DNA of 64,000 bases from Candidatus Latescibacterota bacterium (GTDB taxonomy: Bacteria; Latescibacterota; UBA2968; UBA8231). The position numbers and the translations under genes are program-made. How positions within the stretch are numbered: position 1 is the stretch's first letter; the number at the start of each line of letters is the position of its first letter. This document shows positions 1 through 10,121 of the stretch, one piece after another. Location: assembly GCA_965206595.1 (NCBI GenBank), contig OZ242214.1, positions 6,336,001-6,400,000 on the forward strand, read 5' to 3'. The notes beneath the pieces are model-generated. The model had not been told where the DNA came from. It worked only from the letters and a program-made list of their open reading frames with translations, and ran no database searches.

Positions 1-129
1 GGTGGAGATCTCGCCGATCTGGTCGTCGAGGACGGTGCTGTCCCAGGTTCCGTGAAGGGCTTCATCCTGGGCGAAGAGGGGGAATGCGAGCAAGGACAGG
101 TAAGGAATCGGGGACGGAAGCTTCCGCAT
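1..129 (-). CDS. Secreted hypothetical protein (5' part only; runs off window edge)
   Basis: ATG at 129 preceded by AGGAGG (135-140); translation MRKLPSPIPYLSLLAFPLFAQDEALHGTWDS... resembles a Sec signal peptide. Confidence 0.6.
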   Translation of the reverse strand, partial: MRKLPSPIPYLSLLAFPLFAQDEALHGTWDSTVLDDQIGEIST

Positions 130-294
130 AAGGGCCTCCTTCAAGGCAATAACAGGACTGCGGACACTGAAAGGTGTACCTGAGGAATGCATCCGCTACC
201 GGGATATGGGCTGGCTGCCAGATGCAACTCGAGCCCAAGGGGAAGGGAAGACCCGGTTCTGCAATCCGTCTTCACTGAAGAACTGCCGGAAGAA

Positions 295-1278
295 TCACCC
301 GTACAGATGGGCGACGTACTCCCCGTATCCGTTGTAGAGCAGGGTCTCGCGTACTTGCCGGTCTTCAAGGTCGTCGGTGATGAACTCTTCCCTGGCCTGC
401 GACCAGCGGCGGTGGGGGACTCCAGGATCGACGTTGGAGAAGAACTCGTACTCGCTCGGCGTTCGCGTGGGCCAGAACGTCGCCGGCTGGTCCTCGGTGA
501 ACTCGATTCGGGTGATCGACTTGAGGCCCTTGAAGCCGTACTTCCACGGCGTCACCAGCCGTATCGGAGCACCGTGCTGCTTCGGCAGCTCGTGGCCGTA
601 TATCCCGGTAACCAGCAGGGTCAGCTCATTGGTCGCCTCGGCCAGGGTCAGTCCCTCGGTATAGGGCCAGGGGTAGTCGGGCTGGTCCCACTGATTCGGA
701 GCCACCTCGGGATTGAAGAAGGAATTCATGCGCACGTAGCGGGCCGACGACAGCGGTTGGACCAGGTCGACGAGGGCTTTCATGGGAAAGCCCGTCCACG
801 GGATGGCCATGGACCAGGCTTCGACGCAGCGGTGGCGGTAGAGGCGCTCTTCGAGCTCCATCATGCCGATCAGGTCCTCTACGTCCCAGGTCTTCGGATT
901 TTCCACCAGGCCGGCTATTTCCACCGTCCACGGAAGGGGTTCGAATTCGTCTATGTACCTCGTCACCCACTTGGTGTCGGTAAACTCCCAGAAGTTGTTG
1001 TAGATGCCGGCCACGCTTTCGTCGGTGAGCGGCCGGTCGAGAGTGGAAAAGGAGGGGTTCAGGGGAGCCGGGTAGCGCTGCGCCGGCTCGACGTTTACGG
1101 GAGTGAGGAAATCTTTCGGATCAACGAGCTGCGCCGGATTGAGGAGCTTTTCCGGGATGCATCCCGTGAGCAGGCCGATGCTGCCGAGCCCGGCCCGCCC
1201 GAGGAACTTGCGGCGGTTGAGATAGACGGCTTCGTCGGTGGCTTGACGTTCGGGGATCTTCCATTTTCGGCGAGGCAC
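295..1278 (-). CDS. msrP: Protein-methionine-sulfoxide reductase catalytic subunit MsrP (molybdopterin oxidoreductase)
   Basis: Tat motif LNRRKFL; YNNFWEF, RHRCVEAWSM (Mo-ligand Cys), HGAPIRLVTPWKYGFK, NVDPGVPHRRWSQA, TLLYNGYGEYVAHLY; AAGGAGG RBS. Confidence 0.95.
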   Translation of the reverse strand: MPRRKWKIPERQATDEAVYLNRRKFLGRAGLGSIGLLTGCIPEKLLNPAQLVDPKDFLTPVNVEPAQRYPAPLNPSFSTLDRPLTDESVAGIYNNFWEFTDTKWVTRYIDEFEPLPWTVEIAGLVENPKTWDVEDLIGMMELEERLYRHRCVEAWSMAIPWTGFPMKALVDLVQPLSSARYVRMNSFFNPEVAPNQWDQPDYPWPYTEGLTLAEATNELTLLVTGIYGHELPKQHGAPIRLVTPWKYGFKGLKSITRIEFTEDQPATFWPTRTPSEYEFFSNVDPGVPHRRWSQAREEFITDDLEDRQVRETLLYNGYGEYVAHLYG

Positions 1279-1406
1279 CTGAGCCTCCTTTCATTTATCG
1301 ATCAAACAGGGGTAGTGCATAAGGGACCGCATTGCATTCCGGGGCGGTTTTCCTGGTGCCTGCGCGCGTGAGCGGCGAGAGACATTCACGCGGAAGTGCG
1401 CGGGCA

Positions 1407-2327
1407 CTAGCGCTTGAAAGCCAGCCCCAGTGCCCAGGTCGTGCCGGCCGCGGTATTGCAACCGGCGGCGATGTGAAACAGATCGGCCCCGATTTCCAGC
1501 CGCTCGTTCAGGGACCAGATCACCCCAGGCGCCAGTTTCAAGCTGTTCTGGTCCCCTATCAGCATTCCCATAGCGCCGGTGGCTCCGCAGTCTCCGAAGG
1601 TCCGTACTCCCTCGGCCACCCCTTTCACCAGCAGGTCCTTGTAGGTGAACCCCGCCTCGAAACTATAGAGAAGCTCGTCGCTGAAAATGCCCCGCCGCCG
1701 GCGATAACCGATTCCGCTCGTCACGTACCCCGGTAACGGGTACAGTGATTTGCCGACCAGCAGGCGCGTGTCGCCGTCGATCTCCGCGGTGCCCAGGGGG
1801 ACGTTGCTCTCCTCCTGCATTTCGTAGCCCAGCGGCAACTTGCCGCCGAGGGTCACGGAGACCACGGCGGGATCCTGCAGCACCCGCCAGCGCAGGCGCA
1901 TTTCCAGATCGGCGAAACCGGATTCGTTCTCGTCGGGGAATATGCGGGTTATGGTGGTGTCGAGACTCTCGAAGTGCCTCACCTCCGTCTTCTTGTGCAC
2001 CAGGCGCTTGTAGGGAAGGGAGGCCACCAGGGTCAGGCGCTCTCTCACACCGTATTCCAGGTAGAGCGAGGCGTTCCTGTCGCTCAACTCTTCCATGCTG
2101 GGCTTTTCCAACCGGTCCAGCCGCTTGCCCTCGGCGTTGAGGTACTCCTGAGAACGGAAAGAGAGCCCGGCTATCTTGAGGTACAGACCTCCGGGAGCCT
2201 GGGTCCAGGCGCCGGCTCCCAGCTGCGCCGGGACTGCAGCCAGCAGGATGGCCAGCGGCATCCATCGCCACCCCGGCCGGGAGGATTTCCGTCTAGTACA
2301 GCGCATCATGAACTTCTTTCGCAGCAT
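1407..2327 (-). CDS. Hypothetical exported protein, probable outer-membrane beta-barrel
   Basis: Signal peptide ending AGA-WTQ, alternating amphipathic strands, C-terminal LGLAFKR; start uncertain. Confidence 0.6.
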   Translation of the reverse strand: MLRKKFMMRCTRRKSSRPGWRWMPLAILLAAVPAQLGAGAWTQAPGGLYLKIAGLSFRSQEYLNAEGKRLDRLEKPSMEELSDRNASLYLEYGVRERLTLVASLPYKRLVHKKTEVRHFESLDTTITRIFPDENESGFADLEMRLRWRVLQDPAVVSVTLGGKLPLGYEMQEESNVPLGTAEIDGDTRLLVGKSLYPLPGYVTSGIGYRRRRGIFSDELLYSFEAGFTYKDLLVKGVAEGVRTFGDCGATGAMGMLIGDQNSLKLAPGVIWSLNERLEIGADLFHIAAGCNTAAGTTWALGLAFKR

Positions 2328-2713
2328 GAACTTTTATTGGTGTTATGGTATTGGTGTTGGGGTATTTCATGAAACCGCCGGCTGTGCCAGTGGTTCCGCA
2401 ATCGCCACCAGGTTCGGCCCCAGGCCGGACCCCAGCGTCAGCAGACATTTCAATGGTGAGCCCGGGGCTGAAAGAGAAGGGGAATCATCGCTGAAGAACC
2501 CCGCCTGGCCTGCTGTGTCGTGGATGATGGAGAAGGGATGGGCCGGCGGAGGTATTGTTTCCTGTCGCGTCAGGAAAACCAGGAGAAAGATATTGGGCCC
2601 CGCCGCCGGCCGGGTCAACTTTTTGCCGCCCGTGCCGGATGGCCGTGGTGCCGTCGCCCGAAACAAAGAGAACCCCGGCGCGGTCTCGGGCCGGGGGATT
2701 GATTCGGCAGAGT

Positions 2714-4420
2714 CTACCCGGAGGCCACCTGCAGGCTGCGCAGGCGGTTGAGCGCCGCGGCGATCTCGAAGCGGCGGGCCCGGGCCCGGTCGCCGAAACC
2801 AGGCTCCGTCAGCGCCTCCAGACCCCCGGCCTCCATCTCCTCCTCCAGAGCCGCCAGGATCCGCGGAAGGTCGCGGCGCCCGTCGCACAGCCCGCGCGCC
2901 AGTCGAAGCAGCGCGTCGCCGATCATCCGGCACTGTGCCGGGTCGACGATCTGAAACAGGAGGCCGACGTCGATCTCTTCGGTCCCGAACTCGATCGACC
3001 GCGTCCTCACTGCCCGCACCCTTTCCGCCCGGCGGCCCCGGCGCGGGTCGAGACCGTCGGGCAGGGGAACCCGCGCCGCCGCGGGAGGCCAGTCGTCCGG
3101 TGGGCGCGGTTCCGCCTCTCCCAGCGGCCGGCAGGCCGCGACCTCCCGCGCCCGCGCCGTGACGTCGCGGGGCTGGTAGTCGTCCATCCGGATGACGCAG
3201 TCGGCGACGTCGAGGTAGTCTCCGGCCCCGCCCACCACGAGCACCGAGGACACCCCGCGGCTTTCCCGGAGCTGGCGCACGCGGTCGATGAATGGGGTGA
3301 TCGGCTCGCGGTCGCCGGGGACGAGGCGGCGCATGCGGGCGTCGCGGATCATGAAGTTGGTCGCCGCCGTGTCCTCGTCGATCAGCAGGCCGGTCGCCCC
3401 GGCCTCGAGCGCCTCGACGATGGCCGCGGCCTGGGAGGTGCTGCCCGAGGCCTCGTCGCTGTCGAAGCAGTGCGTCTCCCGCCCCAGCGGCAGGCCGCGG
3501 ATGAAGGGGGTCAGGCAGACGCCGCGCACCGAGCGGCCGTCCTCGGCGCGCACGCTCACCAGCTCCGCCGCGGACACGCAGCGCTCGCGCCCGTCCCCCG
3601 GGACGTGATCGTGGATGCCGAGGGCGAGCGCCCGCAGCAGCGTCGACTTGCCGTGATAGCCGCCGCCGACGATCAGGGTGACGCCCGCCCGTATCCCCAT
3701 ACCGCGCAGTCTGCCGGCGTGGGGCGCCTGCAGCTCTACCGCCAGGGCGTCGGGAACCTGCAGCCGCAGCCCATCCTGGAGCGGCCGCGGGTCGACGCCG
3801 CTGCGCCGCGGCAGCACGCTGCCCTCGGCGAGGAAGGCGATCAGACCGTGCCCGCCCAGCTGCGAACGCAGGGCGACCTGGTCCTCGACGACGTCGACGT
3901 GGGGCCGCAGCGTCCCGGAGTCGAGGCGGCCGACCGCGGCGAGGAGCGCGGAATGCAGGCGCCCGGCAAGCAGGTCGGCGGCCTCCTTGCCGAGGATGCG
4001 GCGGCCGGCCGCGGGCAGTCCGGCGCACAGGCGGACGCGGGCGCCGCCGTCGGCATCGACCACGACGCCGGTCCGCTCCAGGACTTCCTGCCCGGCCGGG
4101 CTGATCTCGAGGAGACCGCTCCTGCCGCTGCCGGCACTGCCCGCGGCCCCGGCAAGCGCGGAGCGCAACTCCCGCTGCAGGAAGTCCGCGGTGGCGCGGC
4201 GCGCTTCCCGGCCGTGGCGAGCCCATGCAGGCAGCCCCAGCACCTCGGACGGGACATCGATGCGCAGCCGGCTCGGGGCGGCGAACGGGTCTCCCTGCAC
4301 GTGATCGAAGCGCAGGGTGCAGGGTCCCAGCGCGTAGCCGCGGCCGCGCAAGTCGCGGTAGTGCCCGTACGGCCTGCCGCCGAGACGGACAAGGTCGCGG
4401 GAAAGGGTGTCGTCGCTCAT
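2714..4420 (-). CDS. ABC-class ATPase domain protein (PF09818/MRB1590-like)
   Basis: DHVQGDPFAAPS N-terminal motif, Walker A GGGYHGKST, HVPGDGRE, ASGSTSQAA, LLIDEDTAATNFMIRD, EPITPF, C-terminal AALNRLR. Confidence 0.9.
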   Translation of the reverse strand: MSDDTLSRDLVRLGGRPYGHYRDLRGRGYALGPCTLRFDHVQGDPFAAPSRLRIDVPSEVLGLPAWARHGREARRATADFLQRELRSALAGAAGSAGSGRSGLLEISPAGQEVLERTGVVVDADGGARVRLCAGLPAAGRRILGKEAADLLAGRLHSALLAAVGRLDSGTLRPHVDVVEDQVALRSQLGGHGLIAFLAEGSVLPRRSGVDPRPLQDGLRLQVPDALAVELQAPHAGRLRGMGIRAGVTLIVGGGYHGKSTLLRALALGIHDHVPGDGRERCVSAAELVSVRAEDGRSVRGVCLTPFIRGLPLGRETHCFDSDEASGSTSQAAAIVEALEAGATGLLIDEDTAATNFMIRDARMRRLVPGDREPITPFIDRVRQLRESRGVSSVLVVGGAGDYLDVADCVIRMDDYQPRDVTARAREVAACRPLGEAEPRPPDDWPPAAARVPLPDGLDPRRGRRAERVRAVRTRSIEFGTEEIDVGLLFQIVDPAQCRMIGDALLRLARGLCDGRRDLPRILAALEEEMEAGGLEALTEPGFGDRARARRFEIAAALNRLRSLQVASG

Positions 4421-4601
4421 GCCGGTTTCCGCGTTTGAAACGAGCAAGGTTTCTCCTGCCCGGGGCCAACCGGGCCCGGCACCTCTATCGGCACCGCAAT
4501 GCAGGCTGGCAGGGCTTCGTGGCGGAGTATCGGGAAAGAGTGACTAAATTCCAGTGCGTTGCGAATCCTTCCTGTCCCCTCGAACTGATTGAGGAAACCG
4601 G

Positions 4602-5474
4602 ATGCAAGGTCCAGTTCCCGCAAAGCAGCTGCCCGCCGAAAGGTGGGCGGAGGTGCGCTCCCTGCGGATGCGCTACCTCGACTGGGGCGGCCCCGGCGCT
4701 CCCGTGCTGGCCCTGCACGGGCTCGGCTCTTCCGCTCACTGGTACGACATCCTGGCACCGTTCCTGTGCGAACAGTTCCGGATTGTCGCCCCCGACCAGC
4801 GCGGCCACGGCCGCACGACCCAGGCCGGCGGCGGCTACGACTGGCCTGCGCTCGCATCCGACGCGGTCGGCCTGCTCGACGTGCTCGGTATCGAGCAGGC
4901 GGTCCTGTTCGGGCATTCCTGGGGCGGCAACGTCGCCGTCGGCACTGCCGTGCACTTCCCCGGGCGCATCAGGGCCCTGGTACTTATAGACGGCGGCTTC
5001 GTCGGTCCGCAGATGGTGCCGGGCGGCTGGGAAGACTTCAGCCGCAGGTTTGCGCCGCGCGACGTGTCGGGGGCCCGCGCCGAGTTCCTGGCGCGCATCC
5101 GCGGCCAGCTCGAGGTCTGCTGGAACAGCGAGGTCGAGCGCATCGTGCAGACGATGGTATACGAGCTTGACGGACAGACTTACGACATACTGCGCCCCCC
5201 CAACCATGCCCAGGTCCTGCGCGCGATGTGGTACGATCCTTCCTCCGATTACTGGCCGCGCATCGGGTGTCCGACGCTGATCGTGCCTGCCGGTTCCGGG
5301 CCCCCCGAAACCGACAGCGAGTTCGACCGCGACCGCCGGCGCCTGGTGAAACTGGCCGCCGATGCCATCCCCGGCTGCCGCGTGCACTGGATACCGGACA
5401 CCATCCACGATATCGGCTATCACAAGCCGCGGGAGCTGGCGCAGGCCATCCTCGAGTTCATCGAGGCGGTGTAG
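4602..5474 (+). CDS. Alpha/beta fold hydrolase
   Basis: LALHGLG, APDQRGHG, nucleophile elbow GHSWGG, C-terminal His (TIHD). Confidence 0.9.
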   Translation: MQGPVPAKQLPAERWAEVRSLRMRYLDWGGPGAPVLALHGLGSSAHWYDILAPFLCEQFRIVAPDQRGHGRTTQAGGGYDWPALASDAVGLLDVLGIEQAVLFGHSWGGNVAVGTAVHFPGRIRALVLIDGGFVGPQMVPGGWEDFSRRFAPRDVSGARAEFLARIRGQLEVCWNSEVERIVQTMVYELDGQTYDILRPPNHAQVLRAMWYDPSSDYWPRIGCPTLIVPAGSGPPETDSEFDRDRRRLVKLAADAIPGCRVHWIPDTIHDIGYHKPRELAQAILEFIEAV

Positions 5475-5590
5475 TGTCACTGGAACGGATCTTCTCGAAC
5501 CTCTATCGCTTCAGCTTCGGAAAGAAGGGAAGGGGCGAGCCGGCCGCGGCTGTTCGCCAACTACATAAGCCGGCACCTCGGGTCGACTAG
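5474..5590 (+). pseudogene. Short gene remnant coupled to the hydrolase stop
   Basis: GTG overlaps the TAG; reads VSLERIFSNLYRFSFG then loses coding character; 38 aa. Confidence 0.35.
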
Positions 5591-5626
5591 CGACGCCCTT
5601 GACCAGTTCGAGACCGACGAGGCACC

Positions 5627-7207
5627 TCAGGTGCTCGCGTGCTGGTACGGCCCCAGGTCCGGGTCGGTGTTGTGCTCCCCGCGGTGATAGCTCCTGCCGC
5701 GCAGGTAGCGGATCTCGAGCTCGACGTCGCACACCGCCATTTCCGGGGTGACCTCGGGATCCCGCTCCAGCAGGGTCACCTCGATGTCGTTGCCCCCGCG
5801 CCGCGGCCGGAATTCGGGGCCGAGCCTGAACACGAACCAGTAGCTCGAGTGCGAGCGGAAGCGGGGGGCGCTGAGCTGGTAGACGTGGTCGATCCTGCGC
5901 AGGCAGTCCGCGGGCAGCTCGCGGCCGTTGAGGGCGAAACGGAAGCGGTCGCGCTCGGTGACGCGGGTGATGCGGATTCTCAGGATCACCTCGTGCAGGC
6001 GTCCGGCGGCCTCCCACCGGGGCAGGTCGTCGCTGACCGGTAGCCGCATGCGCGCGGGCCTGCCGGGTTCGAGGGGGGCCGGCAGCGGGTTGCCGTCCGC
6101 GGGCTCGGGGGAGCGCCCGGTGACCGTCGGGATCGCGTAGATCTTGTCCTTTGCCGCCATCACCTCGGGGAACGGCAGCTCGCGCAGCTGCTCGTAGAAC
6201 TCCGGCCCGTACGGCCAGTTGCCGTACCAGTGGGCGCAGCACAGCCCGTCGATCCCCTGCTCCCAGTAGTTGCAGGCCGCGGCGCGGATCATCTCGATCG
6301 GGGCCGTGTACAGGCGGTCGGAGTCGACGTGATTGCGCAGGACCCCGTGCACCCGGCAGCCGCTCCCCTCGGCGCACTTCAGCAGCGGCCCGAAGTCGAC
6401 GCTGGGGTCGATGATTGCGGCCCCGGCCGCGCTTTCCCCCAGGATGACGTCGACCAGTCCCTGACGGCACCACTCGGCCGGGTCGAATCCCAGCGGCTCG
6501 TACCGCTCCGGGCTCGCCGGCAGGCGGACCGCAAACTCGCGCCCCTTCCCGCTGCCGCGCACCGCGGCGCTGACCTCGGCGAGGAACCCGGAGAAGACCT
6601 CCCGCCCCTGGTTCGCGGCGAGTTCCGGGTGGAAGAACCAGCTGCCGGCGTAGTGGCCGAGGTTCAGCTCGAAGCCGTCGACGTCGTAGTTGGCGACCAC
6701 CTCCTCGATCAGGGCGAGTCGGCGGGCGCGCACCTCGGCGTGCCTGAAGTCGCCCAGCTGCGCCCCGGCGAAGCCGTCGTCGAGGCCGGCCCCGGCGCCG
6801 ATGGTGAGCTCCTCTTCCGGCAGGGCCGCGTTGGCCTGCAGCGACGGGTAGAGCAGCAGCCCGTGCTCGTGGGCGCGCTCGCAGACGAGGCGCAGCGGAT
6901 CGTTCCCCTCGGCGATCAGCTTGGCGGCGTTGCGGTAGGCGCGCATGAAGACGACATGAGCCCACTGATTGTCACCTTTGGGACGGAACGGTTCGGTAGC
7001 GAAGGCGTCCGGGCCCCAGCGCTCGCCGGCCTCGGTGCCGTGCAGGAAGGCGTTGCCATAGCCGAGGTTGAAGAGCAGCGCTTCCACCGGGGTGCCGAGC
7101 AACTCGTCGACCGCCTGCCGGTGATCCTCCACCGCAATCGGGGGCTCGTACATGTAGATGAGGGTGTGGCGCGAGTCGTTCTCGAACAGGATGCGCGGCT
7201 GGGGCAT
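5627..7207 (-). CDS. TIM-barrel glycoside hydrolase-like protein (GHL10/DUF187-like)
   Basis: ERAHEHGL, DFRHAEVRARRLALIEEVVANYDVDGFELN, AAACNYWEQGIDG; good codon bias. Confidence 0.65.
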   Translation of the reverse strand: MPQPRILFENDSRHTLIYMYEPPIAVEDHRQAVDELLGTPVEALLFNLGYGNAFLHGTEAGERWGPDAFATEPFRPKGDNQWAHVVFMRAYRNAAKLIAEGNDPLRLVCERAHEHGLLLYPSLQANAALPEEELTIGAGAGLDDGFAGAQLGDFRHAEVRARRLALIEEVVANYDVDGFELNLGHYAGSWFFHPELAANQGREVFSGFLAEVSAAVRGSGKGREFAVRLPASPERYEPLGFDPAEWCRQGLVDVILGESAAGAAIIDPSVDFGPLLKCAEGSGCRVHGVLRNHVDSDRLYTAPIEMIRAAACNYWEQGIDGLCCAHWYGNWPYGPEFYEQLRELPFPEVMAAKDKIYAIPTVTGRSPEPADGNPLPAPLEPGRPARMRLPVSDDLPRWEAAGRLHEVILRIRITRVTERDRFRFALNGRELPADCLRRIDHVYQLSAPRFRSHSSYWFVFRLGPEFRPRRGGNDIEVTLLERDPEVTPEMAVCDVELEIRYLRGRSYHRGEHNTDPDLGPYQHAST

Positions 7208-7214
7208 GGCGGTT

Positions 7215-9872
7215 CTACCTCAGGATCAGGAGTTTGCGCGCGGCCGCGGCGCGGTCGGTTCGCAGGCGGTAAAAGTAGACGCCGCTGCCGAGCTCTTTGC
7301 CGTCGTCGTCGCGGCCGTCCCAGCGCAGCGTCCAGGAGCCTGCGGGCCTGCGGCCCCGAAGCAGGGTCGCCACCCTCTGTCCGGCGCTGTTGAAGACCTC
7401 GAGAGCGGTGCGCTCGCTGCCGCGGTCGAGATCGAAGCGGATGACGGTCTCGCTGTTGAACGGGTTGGGTGCGTTCTGGTGCAGGGCGAAGGCGGCCGGG
7501 GCGGCTCCATCGAGGGGCTCGACCACCGCGGTCACCGCAGGCGGCGACAGGGCGGCGAGACGCAGGTCGTCGATGTAGAAGGTCCCGCGCATGAACCCGG
7601 AGAAGAAGAACCTCTCCACGACGTAGTCGGCGCCGAAGGGGGCCAGCGGCACGACGACTTGCTGCCACTCCTTGCGTTCCAGGTCGATGTCGGAGCCGCC
7701 GTTATCCAGCAGCAGCTGCGTCTCCCACAGGGTCGACCTCCTGCCGAACGAGACCTTGAAGCTGGTGCCGGGGGTGAACTCGACGTCTCCGGGATGGAAG
7801 GCGAAGCGCAGCTCGTACCCGAACCCCTTCAGGGGCAGGTCCGGCTCGAACTCGAAATCGTAGAAGCCGAGGGAGGAGGTGACCGTCAGTCCGCTTTCCC
7901 CCTCGAATACCTGCTCGGAGTCCGGTTCGGGGCGCAGCGACCCGAAGTCGAAATCCCACGAATCCGCCAGCTCGTCGCCGAACAGCAGAAGGTCGCCAGG
8001 AGGCAGCAGGGCCACCGGTTCGAGGTGAGTCTTCATCTCTCCGCCTGCCCCCTCGATGCGGAACAGGACCGGGGCCAGGCCGTTCTCCCGACCCGCGGTG
8101 AAGCGGACCTCGAGGCGGTGGCATCCCCCGCCGAGGGGCTCCAGCGGCTGATCGGAGGGGCCTCCGAGCCGGCCGAGGTCGGCGCGAACCTGCGCCTCTT
8201 CCACGAGCAGGAGAACGGCGTCGAGATGGACCTCGCTGCCGGCGGCGACGGTGCCGGGCAGGGGCCGCTGCCAGCTGATCTTCAACGCGGGCTCCGCGTC
8301 CGGCGGTTCGGCCAGAAAGAGGTGCTGGTTGGACTCGACCTCCTCTGCGACCTGGACGTGGCCGGACGGCCAGGTCACGCGCACCCGGTCGACCGAGGCC
8401 GCCCCTCCGAGACCGAAATGCAGCCATTGGCCGTCCATCGACAGGAAGCCCGAGCCGGCGTACAGCTCGCGAACCTGGATGCCGCCGCCGCTCTCGACCT
8501 CGACGCGGGCGCCGACGGCATCGCGGTTGGCCGCGGTTCCCCGCAGCTGAACGGTGAGCCAGCTTCCCCCGGTTCCGAGGTTGCGCAGCAGCACCGGCCG
8601 CGACGTGAAGCCGTTGAAGCTCTCGGTGGCGACTACGAGGTCGATCCAGCCGTCGCTGTCGTAGTCGGCCGCGGCCACGCCGGAGGTGTAGTGGCTGCTG
8701 AGGTCGACGGGCACGGCATCGGAGGCATCGGCGAAGGTCGCCTGCCCGCCGGGGCCGACCCCGTTGTTGCGCAGCAGCCTGCCCGGGTTGCCCCATCCGG
8801 GGCCCACCTGGCCGTTGAAGGGGTCGGCGCCGGCGAAGAACAGGTCGATGAGCCCGTCGTTGTCGAAATCCTGCATGGTGGAGCCCCATCCGAACTCGTA
8901 AGCGCCGGTACCGGCGGCGGCTGTTCTGTTGGCGTAGGTGCCGTCGCCGTTGTTCAGCCACAGAGCGTGCGGCCACAGGAGGCCCAGAAACTCCCTGGCT
9001 CCCCCGTAGTTGGTGACGAAGAGATCGATGTCGCCGTCGTTGTCGACGTCGCCGGGTGCCCACCCCATCCAGGCGCCGATGTCGTTCAGCCCGGCCTCGG
9101 CGTGTACGTCGGTGAAGGTGTAGTCGCGGTTGTTGCGCCACAGGGCGAACGACTGCGAGCCGCTGAAACGGGCGCTGAACAGGTCGGGCCAGCCGTCGCC
9201 GTCGAAGTCGCTGAACAATCCGAGGATGTTGCCGTCCGACACGTCGATTCCGGCCAGGGCGCTGATGTCGGCGAAGGTGCCGTCGCCGTTGTTGAGGAAC
9301 AGGCGGCTGCCCTGGGCGGCGACCTCCCCGCCGCCGATGAAGAGGTCGATGAGGCCGTCCCGGTCGACGTCCCCCCAGGCGGCGCCGACCATGGTGCGCA
9401 GTCCGGCGATGCCGGAAGCCGCGGTGATGTCGGCGAAGGTCCCGTTTCCCCGATTGTGGTAAAGCCGGGCCTCGGTAGTGCCCCCGGGTCGGCTGCGCCG
9501 GGCCCCGGTGACGAAGAGGTCCTGGAAGCCGTCGTTGTCGATGTCGCCGGCCACGGCGGCGCCGCTGCCGCTGCTGTTGGCGACCCCGGCGCCGGCGGCG
9601 ACGTCGGCGAAGGTGCCGTCCCCGAGGTTGCGGAACAGGGCGGGGCTCTGCGAGGTGCCGCGCGCGACGAACAGGTCGAGGAGACCGTCGCGGTCGAAGT
9701 CGAACCAGGCCGCCCCGTTCCAGCCGATGTCGCGGGAGCGCTCTTCCGGGTGGTCCCCCCGCAGGTTCGCCGAGGCGTCCTCGAAGGAAAGCGGCCCCGC
9801 GGCTTCGGGGCCATGGGGGATCGCGGTCAGGATGGCGATCGCGAGCGCCGCTGTCAGGCGAACTTCCAGCAT
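7215..9872 (-). CDS. CRTAC1/ASPIC-UnbV family FG-GAP repeat protein with FlgD-Ig/T9SS-like C-terminal domain
   Basis: Repeated DxDxDGxxDLF motifs and NxGDGTFxD; NRDAVGARV...LHFGLG (ASPIC/UnbV); C-terminal QNAPNPFN...WDGRD...SGVYFYRL. Confidence 0.9.
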   Translation of the reverse strand: MLEVRLTAALAIAILTAIPHGPEAAGPLSFEDASANLRGDHPEERSRDIGWNGAAWFDFDRDGLLDLFVARGTSQSPALFRNLGDGTFADVAAGAGVANSSGSGAAVAGDIDNDGFQDLFVTGARRSRPGGTTEARLYHNRGNGTFADITAASGIAGLRTMVGAAWGDVDRDGLIDLFIGGGEVAAQGSRLFLNNGDGTFADISALAGIDVSDGNILGLFSDFDGDGWPDLFSARFSGSQSFALWRNNRDYTFTDVHAEAGLNDIGAWMGWAPGDVDNDGDIDLFVTNYGGAREFLGLLWPHALWLNNGDGTYANRTAAAGTGAYEFGWGSTMQDFDNDGLIDLFFAGADPFNGQVGPGWGNPGRLLRNNGVGPGGQATFADASDAVPVDLSSHYTSGVAAADYDSDGWIDLVVATESFNGFTSRPVLLRNLGTGGSWLTVQLRGTAANRDAVGARVEVESGGGIQVRELYAGSGFLSMDGQWLHFGLGGAASVDRVRVTWPSGHVQVAEEVESNQHLFLAEPPDAEPALKISWQRPLPGTVAAGSEVHLDAVLLLVEEAQVRADLGRLGGPSDQPLEPLGGGCHRLEVRFTAGRENGLAPVLFRIEGAGGEMKTHLEPVALLPPGDLLLFGDELADSWDFDFGSLRPEPDSEQVFEGESGLTVTSSLGFYDFEFEPDLPLKGFGYELRFAFHPGDVEFTPGTSFKVSFGRRSTLWETQLLLDNGGSDIDLERKEWQQVVVPLAPFGADYVVERFFFSGFMRGTFYIDDLRLAALSPPAVTAVVEPLDGAAPAAFALHQNAPNPFNSETVIRFDLDRGSERTALEVFNSAGQRVATLLRGRRPAGSWTLRWDGRDDDGKELGSGVYFYRLRTDRAAAARKLLILR

Positions 9873-10121
9873 CGGTATCCGCGGCGGCGGCCCCGGCCTA
9901 CGGTGCATTGGCGCGTATGCAAGCGAACAAACGAGGGCGCCGAAGCGCCCGGTTCGGAAAGCACCCGAGCGAGTAGTACGAGGTAGTGAGTGCGGCAAGC
10001 AAAGGCAATGTAGCGAGCGGGTCGGCAGCGGGGGACGGATTCACGCGGAATTGCGCGCGCAGGCACCGGACCGTGCATGGCTCTGTGCGGTAGGAATCGC
10101 ACCTGGCCGCGGTTTTCCCCT

